38,756 nucleotides of DNA from a virus (taxonomy: Duplodnaviria; Caudoviricetes), in the IMG/VR virus record IMGVR_UViG_3300003086_000048, positions 1 to 38,756 of that record. One strand, written 5' to 3'. Shown piece by piece: positions 1 through 8,520 of the stretch. The first letter of the stretch is position 1, and every line of letters begins with the position of its first letter. The notes below the pieces were generated by a model, which saw only the letters and a program-made list of their open reading frames with translations, made no database searches and was not told the origin of the DNA. The translations under genes and the position numbers were made by a program.

Positions 1-1719
1 ATGGGTGTTTATGATAAAACGATAACACAAGAAGAATTAAAGGTTTATGTGAATGACTTCAGGGAATACCTGAAATATGTATGGGAAGGCATTAATTTAC
101 CTGAACCTACTCCTATTCAAATAGATATGGCACGAACATTAATGGTTGGTGATAAACGTATGCTATTAGAAGCCTTTCGTGGTGTTGGTAAAACATATAT
201 TACTGGTGCTTATGTTACTTGGAGACTATTAAGAAACCCAAATGAAAAGGTATTGATTGTTTCTCAATCAGGGCCCCACTCTGAAGCTATTGCTCAATTC
301 GTTAGACGCTTAATCTTTGATTTACCTATCCTTGAACATCTTATTCCAAGTAGTGAGATGAGGAATTCAGTTAAATCATTCGATGTATCAGGTTGTGAGG
401 TTACTGTTCAGCCAAGTGTTAAGAGTTTGGGTATTACATCCCAGTTACAAGGTAATCGTGCCAGTATCCTTATCTCTGATGACGTAGAAGGACTACAAAA
501 CAGTGCTACTGAACAAATGAGAGCTAAACTACTTGCTACTGTTGCTGAGTATGATGCTATTCTACAAACAACAGAAGATGCTCAAATCATTATCTTAGGA
601 ACACCACAATCTGGTGAGTCTATTTACAATAAGATGAGGGATAAAGGGTTTAGGACTATTGTTTATCCTGCTCGTTTCCCAGAAGATGTAGAAGTCTATA
701 AGGGCTGTTTAGCTGATTATGTTGCTATACCCTTAGAGAATGGCACAAAGAAGCCTGGAGAGATAACTGACTTCCGCTTTACACACGAAGATTTAGTAGA
801 AAGAGAAGCAAGTATTGGTAAGAGTTGGTTTAGACTACAATACCAGTTAGATACTACTCTTAGTGATGCAGATAAGCATCCTCTTAAAACAAGTGATATT
901 ATTGTTCATGATTTGGATATTAAGACAGGGCCCATTAGTATTAGTTATGGTAGTAGTAGAGAGCTACTGGTAGATTTACCTAATATTGGTTTTACTGGTG
1001 ATAGTTTATATAGGGCAAGTCATATTGACAAAGATTATGCTCCTTATGAATATTCAGTTTTAAGTATTGATCCAAGTGGTAGGGGTAAGGACGAAACAGG
1101 TTATGCTGTTATTAAACAATTACACTCAAAGGTGTTTGTTGCTGATGTTGGTGGTATTAGTGGTGGCTATACTCCAGAAAACTTAGTTAAGATAGCACAA
1201 TTAGCAAAAGAACATATGTGTAATGTTATTATTATTGAGAGTAACTTCGGTGATGGTATGTTTAATGAGTTGCTTAAACCTATATTGAAGAGTATTTATC
1301 CTTGTTCAGTGGAAGAAGTAAGGAATAACAAACAAAAAGAGTTAAGGATTATTGACACAATAGAGCCTTTGCTTAATCAACATAGACTTGTGTTTGATTA
1401 TTCTTTATTGAAGAGAGATATCAATGGTGCTGTTTCTGACCATAAGAATTTAAGCTATAGTCTCGTTCATCAACTAACACACATATCTAAGGATAGAGGA
1501 AGCCTTTACCATGATGATAGGTTAGATGCTCTTAGTATTGCTTTAGGTTATATTGTTAATAATTTAGGGCTTAGTTCAGAAGAGGCTTTAGAGAGATATA
1601 AAGAGGACTTATTAGAACAAGAATTAGAAGACTTTTTAAGGCCTATTAGTCTTTGGAACAACAACAAAACAGATCATTCTAAACACAACAATTATTTAGA
1701 TAGTTTAAGTATAAATTAA
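1..1719 (+). CDS. terL: Terminase large subunit (T7 gp19-like)
   Basis: AFRGVGKT Walker A, ISDDVE Walker B, ILGTPQ coupling motif, IDPSGRGKDETG and HDDRLDAL nuclease motifs; RBS (GAGG) at the window end, consistent with circular permutation. Confidence 0.97.
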   Translation: MGVYDKTITQEELKVYVNDFREYLKYVWEGINLPEPTPIQIDMARTLMVGDKRMLLEAFRGVGKTYITGAYVTWRLLRNPNEKVLIVSQSGPHSEAIAQFVRRLIFDLPILEHLIPSSEMRNSVKSFDVSGCEVTVQPSVKSLGITSQLQGNRASILISDDVEGLQNSATEQMRAKLLATVAEYDAILQTTEDAQIIILGTPQSGESIYNKMRDKGFRTIVYPARFPEDVEVYKGCLADYVAIPLENGTKKPGEITDFRFTHEDLVEREASIGKSWFRLQYQLDTTLSDADKHPLKTSDIIVHDLDIKTGPISISYGSSRELLVDLPNIGFTGDSLYRASHIDKDYAPYEYSVLSIDPSGRGKDETGYAVIKQLHSKVFVADVGGISGGYTPENLVKIAQLAKEHMCNVIIIESNFGDGMFNELLKPILKSIYPCSVEEVRNNKQKELRIIDTIEPLLNQHRLVFDYSLLKRDINGAVSDHKNLSYSLVHQLTHISKDRGSLYHDDRLDALSIALGYIVNNLGLSSEEALERYKEDLLEQELEDFLRPISLWNNNKTDHSKHNNYLDSLSIN

Positions 1720-1837
1720 TAAGGTTAAAAAGTTGTTAAAAAACAAAGACTTATAACACAAAGCTAAAGCTAACACAAAAGCTTTAACCCTAACACGAGA
1801 AGTGGGGGACTATTTAAAAGACTATTTAATATACTAA

Positions 1838-2103
1838 TATAAGAATAATATAAGAACAAGTATTAGTAGTATAAAGTATTTAAATATCTAATAATAATCT
1901 TATAATAATCTTATAACTTAGTAATATAATAATACTACTAATACTATATATAAAAACATATAATAATAAATATTATATACTAAAAAACACTAAAAGTCAA
2001 GTAAAAAAATAACTATATTTAAAAATAATTTAATAAGTATAAGAATAATATAAGTAGTCTAAAGTATTTATATATCTTATAAGTGTCTTATAACTTAGTA
2101 ATA
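1838..2103. repeat. Degenerate duplicated AT-rich block in the post-terminase non-coding region
   Basis: TATAAGAATAATATAAG at 1838-1854 and 2038-2054; TCTTATAACTTAGTAATA at 1909-1926 and 2086-2103. Confidence 0.8.
1972..2000 (-). promoter_or_regulatory. Leftward sigma70-type promoter
   Basis: Minus strand reads TTGACT-17 nt-TATAAT. Confidence 0.65.
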
Positions 2104-2745
2104 GATAGTAATAATAGGAGTATTAGATTATTAAGGTTATCCTCCTTTCCTTATGAATTTAGTATTCCTATTATTAAAATTAAACAAGTTAGTGAGTATT
2201 GGGTGGTATTATTAAAATTAAACAAGGAGAAACAATATGTTAGACAATTTATATATATATTTAGCGATCTTAAAGGAGGCTTACTATACAGTTAAATATA
2301 CACTTATTAAGGTTTTTGGTAAGGCTTATAAGATGGTGGTGAGAAAGTATGAAGAATGGATGAATGGGGTGTTCTAAGTGGTTATAAAATGTAAGGTAGT
2401 TCTAAAAAAATATGAAAAAATGTATGGGGGTCTTTAATAAAAGGAGAGCGCAATTTTCCCCCTTGCCCTCTTTTGAATATTGCCCAGTTTTTTTCTAAAT
2501 AATAATTTAAACAAGACTATAATAATATAATAATATAATACCCTGATAATTTACTGATAACCCTTAAAAAAATAGGGGTTTAAAAAATAGGTATTTCAAG
2601 GCCTGTATATATCATTGATTGATTATATAAATTGATTGTAATATTATAAAATGGTTATATAAATTATTCTTTATATTAGCTGGTTGATATATTATTAAAT
2701 GTTTATATAAAGTCTTCGTAATATTATTAAGTTATTATATTGTTA

Positions 2746-2764
2746 AATGCGAATGATTATCATT
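2746..2764. promoter_or_regulatory. Fur-box-like site
   Basis: AATGCGAATGATTATCATT matches the 9-1-9 palindrome AATGATAATnATTATCATT with 2 mismatches. Confidence 0.55.
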
Positions 2765-2941
2765 TAGATTAGTATTTGAAAAACCCTTTTTTTCATCTCT
2801 TTCATCTATTTTTCATTTATTTTAATATTTAGTTGCTATTTTACTTGATTTATTTTTAAATACATTACTATATAGGTATATATGTTTTGAAATGGTTTTA
2901 ATTTAATTTCAATTTATTTTTAAAATAAGGCTGTATTAAAC

Positions 2942-2969
2942 TTGATTTATTTTAGATTACATATATAAT
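2942..2969 (+). promoter_or_regulatory. Putative sigma70 early promoter
   Basis: TTGATT-16 nt-TATAAT upstream of the first early ORF; a similar ACTTGATTTATTTT element lies at about 2843. Confidence 0.45.
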
Positions 2970-3104
2970 ATATAGTAAGAAGCAACAAAATATATACATT
3001 TAAAAAGACCAATACGGCGATAAATGATTAAAATATTAAAAGCTTCTTAATACAAAGAAAGAAAGAGAGAACAATTAAATTACTAAAAAAGAGGATAACT
3101 AAAA

Positions 3105-3332
3105 ATGAAAACACAAAAAACGACAATACAAAAAGGAATACTTAAAATAATCAAGCAGGTAAAGAATTCAACAAATGGCAATCCAAGATTTATAATACAG
3201 ATTGGCGATAATAAGCCAATGATAACAAAAGCGGATGTAATGGGCTATGAAATAAATAACAAGAGCGGCAGAAATGTAGAGGTAGAGACAAGGGTTTTAT
3301 ATGGCAAGGTAATGGCAACTGACTGGGCTTAA
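3105..3332 (+). CDS. Hypothetical early protein
   Basis: GAGG RBS, ATG start, 75 aa. Confidence 0.75.
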   Translation: MKTQKTTIQKGILKIIKQVKNSTNGNPRFIIQIGDNKPMITKADVMGYEINNKSGRNVEVETRVLYGKVMATDWA

Positions 3333-3380
3333 TCATTACAAAATAAATAATAATAAAAAAAATTTGAAGGAGAAATAACA

Positions 3381-3953
3381 ATGTCAAATACGAACAGAAC
3401 ATTAGAACCAAAAACAAGAAAAAATAATATAGTATTTACACCGCCAAAATTGGCTAATTTTATAGCGGAAATAATAGAACACAAGAAATATAAAACAATA
3501 CTTGACCCTGCGATTGGTGCAGGGCACTTAATAGAACCATATAAAAAAGACAAATATATATTGGGCGGCGATAAATATGATATTGGAGGTGGAGCGGATG
3601 AGTTTATACTTAATGATATAGACGCCCAAGAATTCAATTTCAGCGTAGAGCCAGATGTAATAATAATGAACCCTCCTTTCAATGGAGCGAGTGGCAGGCG
3701 ATTGTTCCCGGAGGTATTTTTGAAGAAAATTTTCGATAGATACGGATACGACAAGCCCGTTATTATGATTACAGGAGATAATTTTTTAAATAATACAAGA
3801 CTGTCCAGTAAGAGGCGGAGCTGGATAAAAGAGAAAAATATACAAATAACAAGTATTATTACTTTGCCCTTGGATGTGTTCGAAGGGGTGCAATTTAATA
3901 CACAAGTATTGTTTTTTAATATAGACGGTATAAAGCCGCACTATATGTATTAA
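3381..3953 (+). CDS. Amino (N6-adenine type) DNA methyltransferase
   Basis: VFTP, ILDPAIGAG SAM-binding motif, MNPPF catalytic motif. Confidence 0.88.
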   Translation: MSNTNRTLEPKTRKNNIVFTPPKLANFIAEIIEHKKYKTILDPAIGAGHLIEPYKKDKYILGGDKYDIGGGADEFILNDIDAQEFNFSVEPDVIIMNPPFNGASGRRLFPEVFLKKIFDRYGYDKPVIMITGDNFLNNTRLSSKRRSWIKEKNIQITSIITLPLDVFEGVQFNTQVLFFNIDGIKPHYMY

Positions 3954-3997
3954 AAACAATCAAAAAATAAATAATAATAAAAGAGGAATAACTAAAA

Positions 3998-4195
3998 ATG
4001 AAAACAATAACAACAAAAAAATTTGGCGGTATATTTGATATATATAAGGATATACACGGGGGGAGTTCGATATTTTTAACAAATGAAGAATTATATTATA
4101 TAGACGAAGAAGCCGAGGAGGCAATATATTCAATAACTGAAACAACCAGCGATATAATAGGCGGGCGGTGGTTTGAATTTGAGTTTAATATATAA
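3998..4195 (+). CDS. Hypothetical acidic early protein
   Basis: GAGG RBS, 65 aa. Confidence 0.7.
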   Translation: MKTITTKKFGGIFDIYKDIHGGSSIFLTNEELYYIDEEAEEAIYSITETTSDIIGGRWFEFEFNI

Positions 4196-4232
4196 AAAAT
4201 AAACAATAATAAAAAAGAGGAAATAACTAAAA

Positions 4233-4409
4233 ATGAAAACAATACAATTTTACAGAGAAGAGAGCAACGTCTATCAATATACGATTGAAGTTGAGGACGA
4301 TTTTAACATAAAAAAAGATGACCCATTTAATGGAGAAATAACAAATTATAAAGAAATGATAGATACTAATGCCACTATTGGAGAAATAGAAGAATTAGAC
4401 TATATTTAA
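4233..4409 (+). CDS. Hypothetical acidic early protein (58 aa, not in ORF track)
   Basis: GAGG RBS; MKTIQFYREESNVYQYTIEVEDDF...EELDYI*. Confidence 0.7.
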   Translation: MKTIQFYREESNVYQYTIEVEDDFNIKKDDPFNGEITNYKEMIDTNATIGEIEELDYI

Positions 4410-4451
4410 TAAAAAGAAATAACAATTTAAAAAATAATAAGGAGTAAGAAA

Positions 4452-4817
4452 ATGAAAAATAACAAAATTAAAGAGAAATCCGTTAATAATTGGTTCCCGC
4501 AAGCAGTTGGCGAAGATGGTAGGCCACTAACCAACGAAGAAAAATCAAAATGGTGGTATATAGTTGGCACGTTTAGCAGAAATGATAACACTGCGGAGTT
4601 TGGTTATGGAGATTATCCTGAATATATTAGGTATGTTAAGTGCAAGGTATTCGCAGAAACAATCCGCAAAGCCCAAAACAAGGCAAAAAAAGAAAATGAA
4701 GATATTGGTTTTTTTGGTGGCAGGTTTGGGATGTCAGTGTATTCACACGAAGAACTTGAAGGGCTTGATAGAGAGCCAGATATTAGGGGTATTTTGTTTG
4801 CAATGCGATACAAATAA
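4452..4817 (+). CDS. Hypothetical early protein
   Basis: AGGAG RBS, 121 aa. Confidence 0.75.
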   Translation: MKNNKIKEKSVNNWFPQAVGEDGRPLTNEEKSKWWYIVGTFSRNDNTAEFGYGDYPEYIRYVKCKVFAETIRKAQNKAKKENEDIGFFGGRFGMSVYSHEELEGLDREPDIRGILFAMRYK

Positions 4818-4845
4818 ATAATAATAAATAATAAGGAGTAAGAAA

Positions 4846-5040
4846 ATGAAAACAAATAATAACGAAGTGGTATATATAACCAATAATAACAATAAAGTAG
4901 CCGAGGGAGGTTCAACAGGAGACGATATAGACAATTATATTTATAATATGATATCAAACGCCTGCCCAGGAATTTGTGAAGAAGAGAGAAGCGTTATCAG
5001 CTATGATATTTGGAACGAGTTTTATAAATCACTACACTAA
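4846..5040 (+). CDS. Hypothetical early protein
   Basis: AGGAG RBS, 64 aa. Confidence 0.7.
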   Translation: MKTNNNEVVYITNNNNKVAEGGSTGDDIDNYIYNMISNACPGICEEERSVISYDIWNEFYKSLH

Positions 5041-5065
5041 ATAAAAAAAGATTTAAATATAACTA

Positions 5066-5093
5066 TTGCGTTTTTAAAATAGTTGTATATAAT
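5066..5093 (+). promoter_or_regulatory. Putative sigma70 promoter
   Basis: TTGCGT-16 nt-TATAAT. Confidence 0.45.
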
Positions 5094-5127
5094 AATTATA
5101 ACCAATACTAAAAAGAGGATAAAGAAA

Positions 5128-5298
5128 ATGGAAAAGAAAAAGATAGAAGAAAAATTAAGTTTGATAAATGAGAGGAAAGAAAAAATATTAGATTTAATAA
5201 ATAACGAAAAAAAGAAGCTAAAAGTTTTGGAAACAGATGCTTATATTTGTGAATTAGAATTAAAGCTAATGGGATACGAGGAGAGCGGATATGAGTAA
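5128..5298 (+). CDS. Small coiled-coil hypothetical protein
   Basis: GAGG RBS before ATG at 5128 (MEKKKIEEKL...). Confidence 0.65.
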   Translation: MEKKKIEEKLSLINERKEKILDLINNEKKKLKVLETDAYICELELKLMGYEESGYE

Positions 5299-5491
5299 AA
5301 ATAAAAAACATTATATAGGCAGTGAAATACCTAAAAAATTAGTCAATGAATTTGATAATTTGGCCGCTGATTGGTCAGATGATTTCGGAGACGGCTTCAC
5401 TAAAACAATGGCAGTAAAACTTGGTTTTATTACTGCTATTAAAATGATGAAAGAAGACAAGGAGAACAAAGAACAAAGGTTAAACTTTTAA
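5291..5491 (+). CDS. Small protein, possibly ribbon-helix-helix-like DNA binder
   Basis: Basic N-terminus, strand HYIGSEIP followed by two predicted helices; function is inferred. Confidence 0.55.
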   Translation: MSKNKKHYIGSEIPKKLVNEFDNLAADWSDDFGDGFTKTMAVKLGFITAIKMMKEDKENKEQRLNF

Positions 5492-7333
5492 CTAAATAAG
5501 TAATTAGACTTTAAAACATCATCAAGAACCAGCGTATTTATCATAATGTCGCTGGCTTTTTTGTGCGTGTCGTAAAGTGTATTTATTTGCTCCAACCATT
5601 CCTGTAAAGGATTATTATTAAATAATAAGAAATAACTTTTTCTTATGCTTTTATTCATAATATCAATATTATTACAATCAGTATAATAACAGTCGTGAAT
5701 TAGCTGAAAATTTGCAACATCAGATTTAATCATATCTTCAACCGTTAAAAACATTAAAGTAGCATCCAGAGAGTGTATCAAATTCGGAGCTATACTACTG
5801 GACTGTTTCTTTTTATCTAAAATATCCGTATTTATCTTAAATCTTAAATAACCTAATGCCGTTTTATATCTATGCACCTTCTTTGCGGTTGTGTGTTGAA
5901 TTATAGGAATATTAAAGAAAGGAGATAACCAAAACATACTGTTTTTTGAATTATGAGAAAAATCCCGCGTTATTGATTTAATAAACTCCTGACCTTTAAC
6001 AGCACCAACAACAATAGATTTGATAGCTTTTTTATTTAAAATAACAAGCAACCTTATTGCTATAAATTCCTCACCTTTCCAAAAAGGTATATTATCATCC
6101 TTTGCTACTTTAAATATTTCCTTTAATTGGTTATACATACCACGTTCAGAGACAGAATATGGCAAGGTCATTACATTCCTTTTAACGTGCGACCTATTGA
6201 GTGTTTTAATAAGAGAATTAGCCTCAATTTCCGTTGATACTTCTTTTTTAATACCATCACGAGTTGTGAAGCTAAAAATTTTTGGATAGTCGCCAGCAAC
6301 CAAATAAGATACTACTTTTTTTGCTACTAAGTCATAAACATCAGCAGGTTTGTAGCTTTTTGTTGAATATTGGAGCTGTTGGACTTTCAATACTTGTATC
6401 TATAATTTCATTTATAAATTCTAAAACCCTTTTATTTATCCGCCAAGGCGTAGCTTGAACTTTGTTTATTACTTTGAATAATCTACTAAAATTATGTTCT
6501 GGGAAATTATCCAGAAGTAATGTTTTGCTCGATCTATTTTTGTGCTTGATAAAAGGCAGGGGTGTATTAAGATAACCACCAACAGTTTTGTCAGTCCAGT
6601 TTTTAGGAGCAACAACCATCGGTTTATATTGCACACCAAGGGCTGATATCTGGTCTGCTATTTTTGTTATTTTGGTTTCCGCATCGCTTGTTAAAATTAT
6701 GAATTTATACGGATCCGTCCTCTTTCCTGCTGATTTTTGTTCGGGTGAATGCTTTCTAATTATCTTAAAAACATTTGGTAATGATAACACCAATATCTCT
6801 ATTAGTTTGCTACATTCCTGAATTCCAATCAGGTTTTCAACATCAATTTCTAATTTTTGAATAGTTTTAAGCTTTTGCCTTTTTACATATCTTGCTGATT
6901 TGTCAAGGTTTTCATATTCAATATAAGACGAGAGTTTAGCCGTATTGCCAGCCTTATTAAAGTGGTCTATATATACTGCTTCCCGAAGTGTGTTGCGAAG
7001 CTTAATAGTAATCTCCTGAACCTTGGGTGGTTGCTTTAATATTAAGTTTAGTGCATCTGTCAATACAAGTAGTGCAAGCTCGTCTTCTCTGCCCCTGAAA
7101 TGCTCGCTAATAGCCTTCTTTCCAACGGAATACAGTCCAGTAGATAAATACTGCTCTATACCATATTCGAGGGTTTTAAGGCTGTTTATAAGCAAGCTAT
7201 ACACAGGTGGTGTTGATATTGCATTATCACTATTTACTAATGATAGCATATTTTTCTTAAACTTTAAGATTGCGGCAGGACGCATTTGAGCTTCAAGCTC
7301 CACCTGCTGTTGTTTTAAATTAAGAGTATTGAT
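5488..7333 (-). pseudogene. T7-type single-subunit RNA polymerase, inverted, split (7333..6341 and about 6360..5488) with a large internal deletion
   Basis: N half: PMVVAPKNW...GGY and INKVQATPWRINKRVL. C half: DVYDLVAKKV, motif B RSHVKRNVMTLPY, IAPNLIHSLDA, motif C LIHD, C-terminal YLFS. The DxRGR motif and motif A are absent. Confidence 0.88.
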
Positions 7334-7369
7334 GTATTTTCTCCTTTTTTTATATATAAGTATAACATT

Positions 7370-7382
7370 TAAGTCGTTGATT
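7370..7382 (-). promoter_or_regulatory. IHF-consensus-like site
   Basis: Minus strand AATCAACGACTTA fits WATCAANNNNTTR. Confidence 0.4.
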
Positions 7383-7427
7383 TTTAACGATATTTAATTT
7401 ATTTTTAATTTATTTTTGCTTTTGCTA

Positions 7428-7456
7428 TTGACAAGGTTTTTTCAAACGTGTATAAT
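7428..7456 (+). promoter_or_regulatory. Consensus sigma70 promoter 1
   Basis: TTGACA-17 nt-TATAAT. Confidence 0.85.
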
Positions 7457-7588
7457 TTATTAAGAAACATATTTAAAAGACCTTATACTTTTTATACTAA
7501 TTAAAAAATAAACACAAAGAAAGACTTGACAAGATATTTATTAAGGTGTATAATTTATTAAGAAACATATTTAAAAGACTTTATACTT
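7448..7588 (+). repeat. 43-bp direct repeat, two copies 98 bp apart (7448-7490 and 7546-7588)
   Basis: GTGTATAATTTATTAAGAAACATATTTAAAAGAC[C/T]TTATACTT, one mismatch. Confidence 0.92.
7526..7554 (+). promoter_or_regulatory. Consensus sigma70 promoter 2
   Basis: TTGACA-17 nt-TATAAT. Confidence 0.85.
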
Positions 7589-7646
7589 ATTATACCATTA
7601 AAACAATAATAATATAAACTAATTTAAAATTAAATTAAAAATAGTA

Positions 7647-7675
7647 TAGACAAGTAAAAGTTTTTAAGATATAAT
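7647..7675 (+). promoter_or_regulatory. Sigma70 promoter 3
   Basis: TAGACA-17 nt-TATAAT. Confidence 0.7.
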
Positions 7676-7837
7676 ATAAATATAACAAAAAAGATGTTAT
7701 ACTTATAATAGGAAGAAGTAAGAAAGTAAGAAAATAAAAGATGATTAAAAAGTAATAAAAAATAAACACCCTTCCAAAACTTTAATTATCCTTTGTGTCA
7801 ATTTTGACAAATAATATATATAAAAGGAATAATAATA

Positions 7838-8497
7838 ATGAAAAATAATAACAAAAAAATCGAAGCTTTTTTAACGCCAACTGGCACTGCAATGTGGGCT
7901 TCAATTATCGAACCAAACAAGAAATTCAATGCTGATGGTGTCTATATGATCGATATTCAATTCGACTTAGAAACTATTGATGTTGTGAAGAAGATGCTTG
8001 AAAAACAAAGAGATGATTTTTTAGAGGTATGTTTAGAAGATGGAACGATTAAAGGTGCAAAAGCAAACAAAGTAGTTGTTGCTGATGTTTTAAGAGAAAC
8101 AGAAGATAAAGATGGCAACCTAACAGGTGGTGTTTATATCAAAGCGAAGCAATACACCAAAACTTGGGATGGAAAGCCACAAAAAGTAACGATTGTTGAT
8201 GCTTCTGGACGTGTTCTACAAAACTTCAAAAAGCTTGTTGGTAATGGATCGCAAGTGAGAGCTAAACTATACCCTAAACCTTACTACATGGCTTCAACCA
8301 ATACTGTTGGCATTTCGTTAAGAATTAATGCTGTGCAGATTATTGATTTGATTGAATTTAGTTCAAATGGTCAAGGTTCAGACTTTGAAGCGGTTGAAGG
8401 TGGTTTTACTGATAATAATGATAATATTATGGCTAACTTTGGTAATGTTGCTGATGAAGTAAAAGAGCCTGCAATGGTTGCTGACGCTAACTTTTAA
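7838..8497 (+). CDS. Single-stranded DNA-binding protein (T7 gp2.5-like)
   Basis: TPTG..WA, KFNADGVY, VGNGS, GISLRINAVQIIDL, acidic tail ending in Phe. Confidence 0.92.
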   Translation: MKNNNKKIEAFLTPTGTAMWASIIEPNKKFNADGVYMIDIQFDLETIDVVKKMLEKQRDDFLEVCLEDGTIKGAKANKVVVADVLRETEDKDGNLTGGVYIKAKQYTKTWDGKPQKVTIVDASGRVLQNFKKLVGNGSQVRAKLYPKPYYMASTNTVGISLRINAVQIIDLIEFSSNGQGSDFEAVEGGFTDNNDNIMANFGNVADEVKEPAMVADANF

Positions 8498-8520
8498 TAA
8501 CTGATAACAAGGAGGATATT

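Noticed and set aside
2083-2295. 70-aa ORF in the AT-rich end region
   Set aside because: GTG start with no RBS inside a repeat block; at most a short ORF from the AGGAG/ATG near 2237; no support
6341-6390. Programmed -1 frameshift at C-AAA-AAG joining the RNAP halves
   Set aside because: The required shift is +1, and the fusion would still lack motif A
7448-7588. Possible mini CRISPR array
   Set aside because: Only two 43-bp copies, each containing a -10 box, with no cas genes; better explained as a promoter duplication
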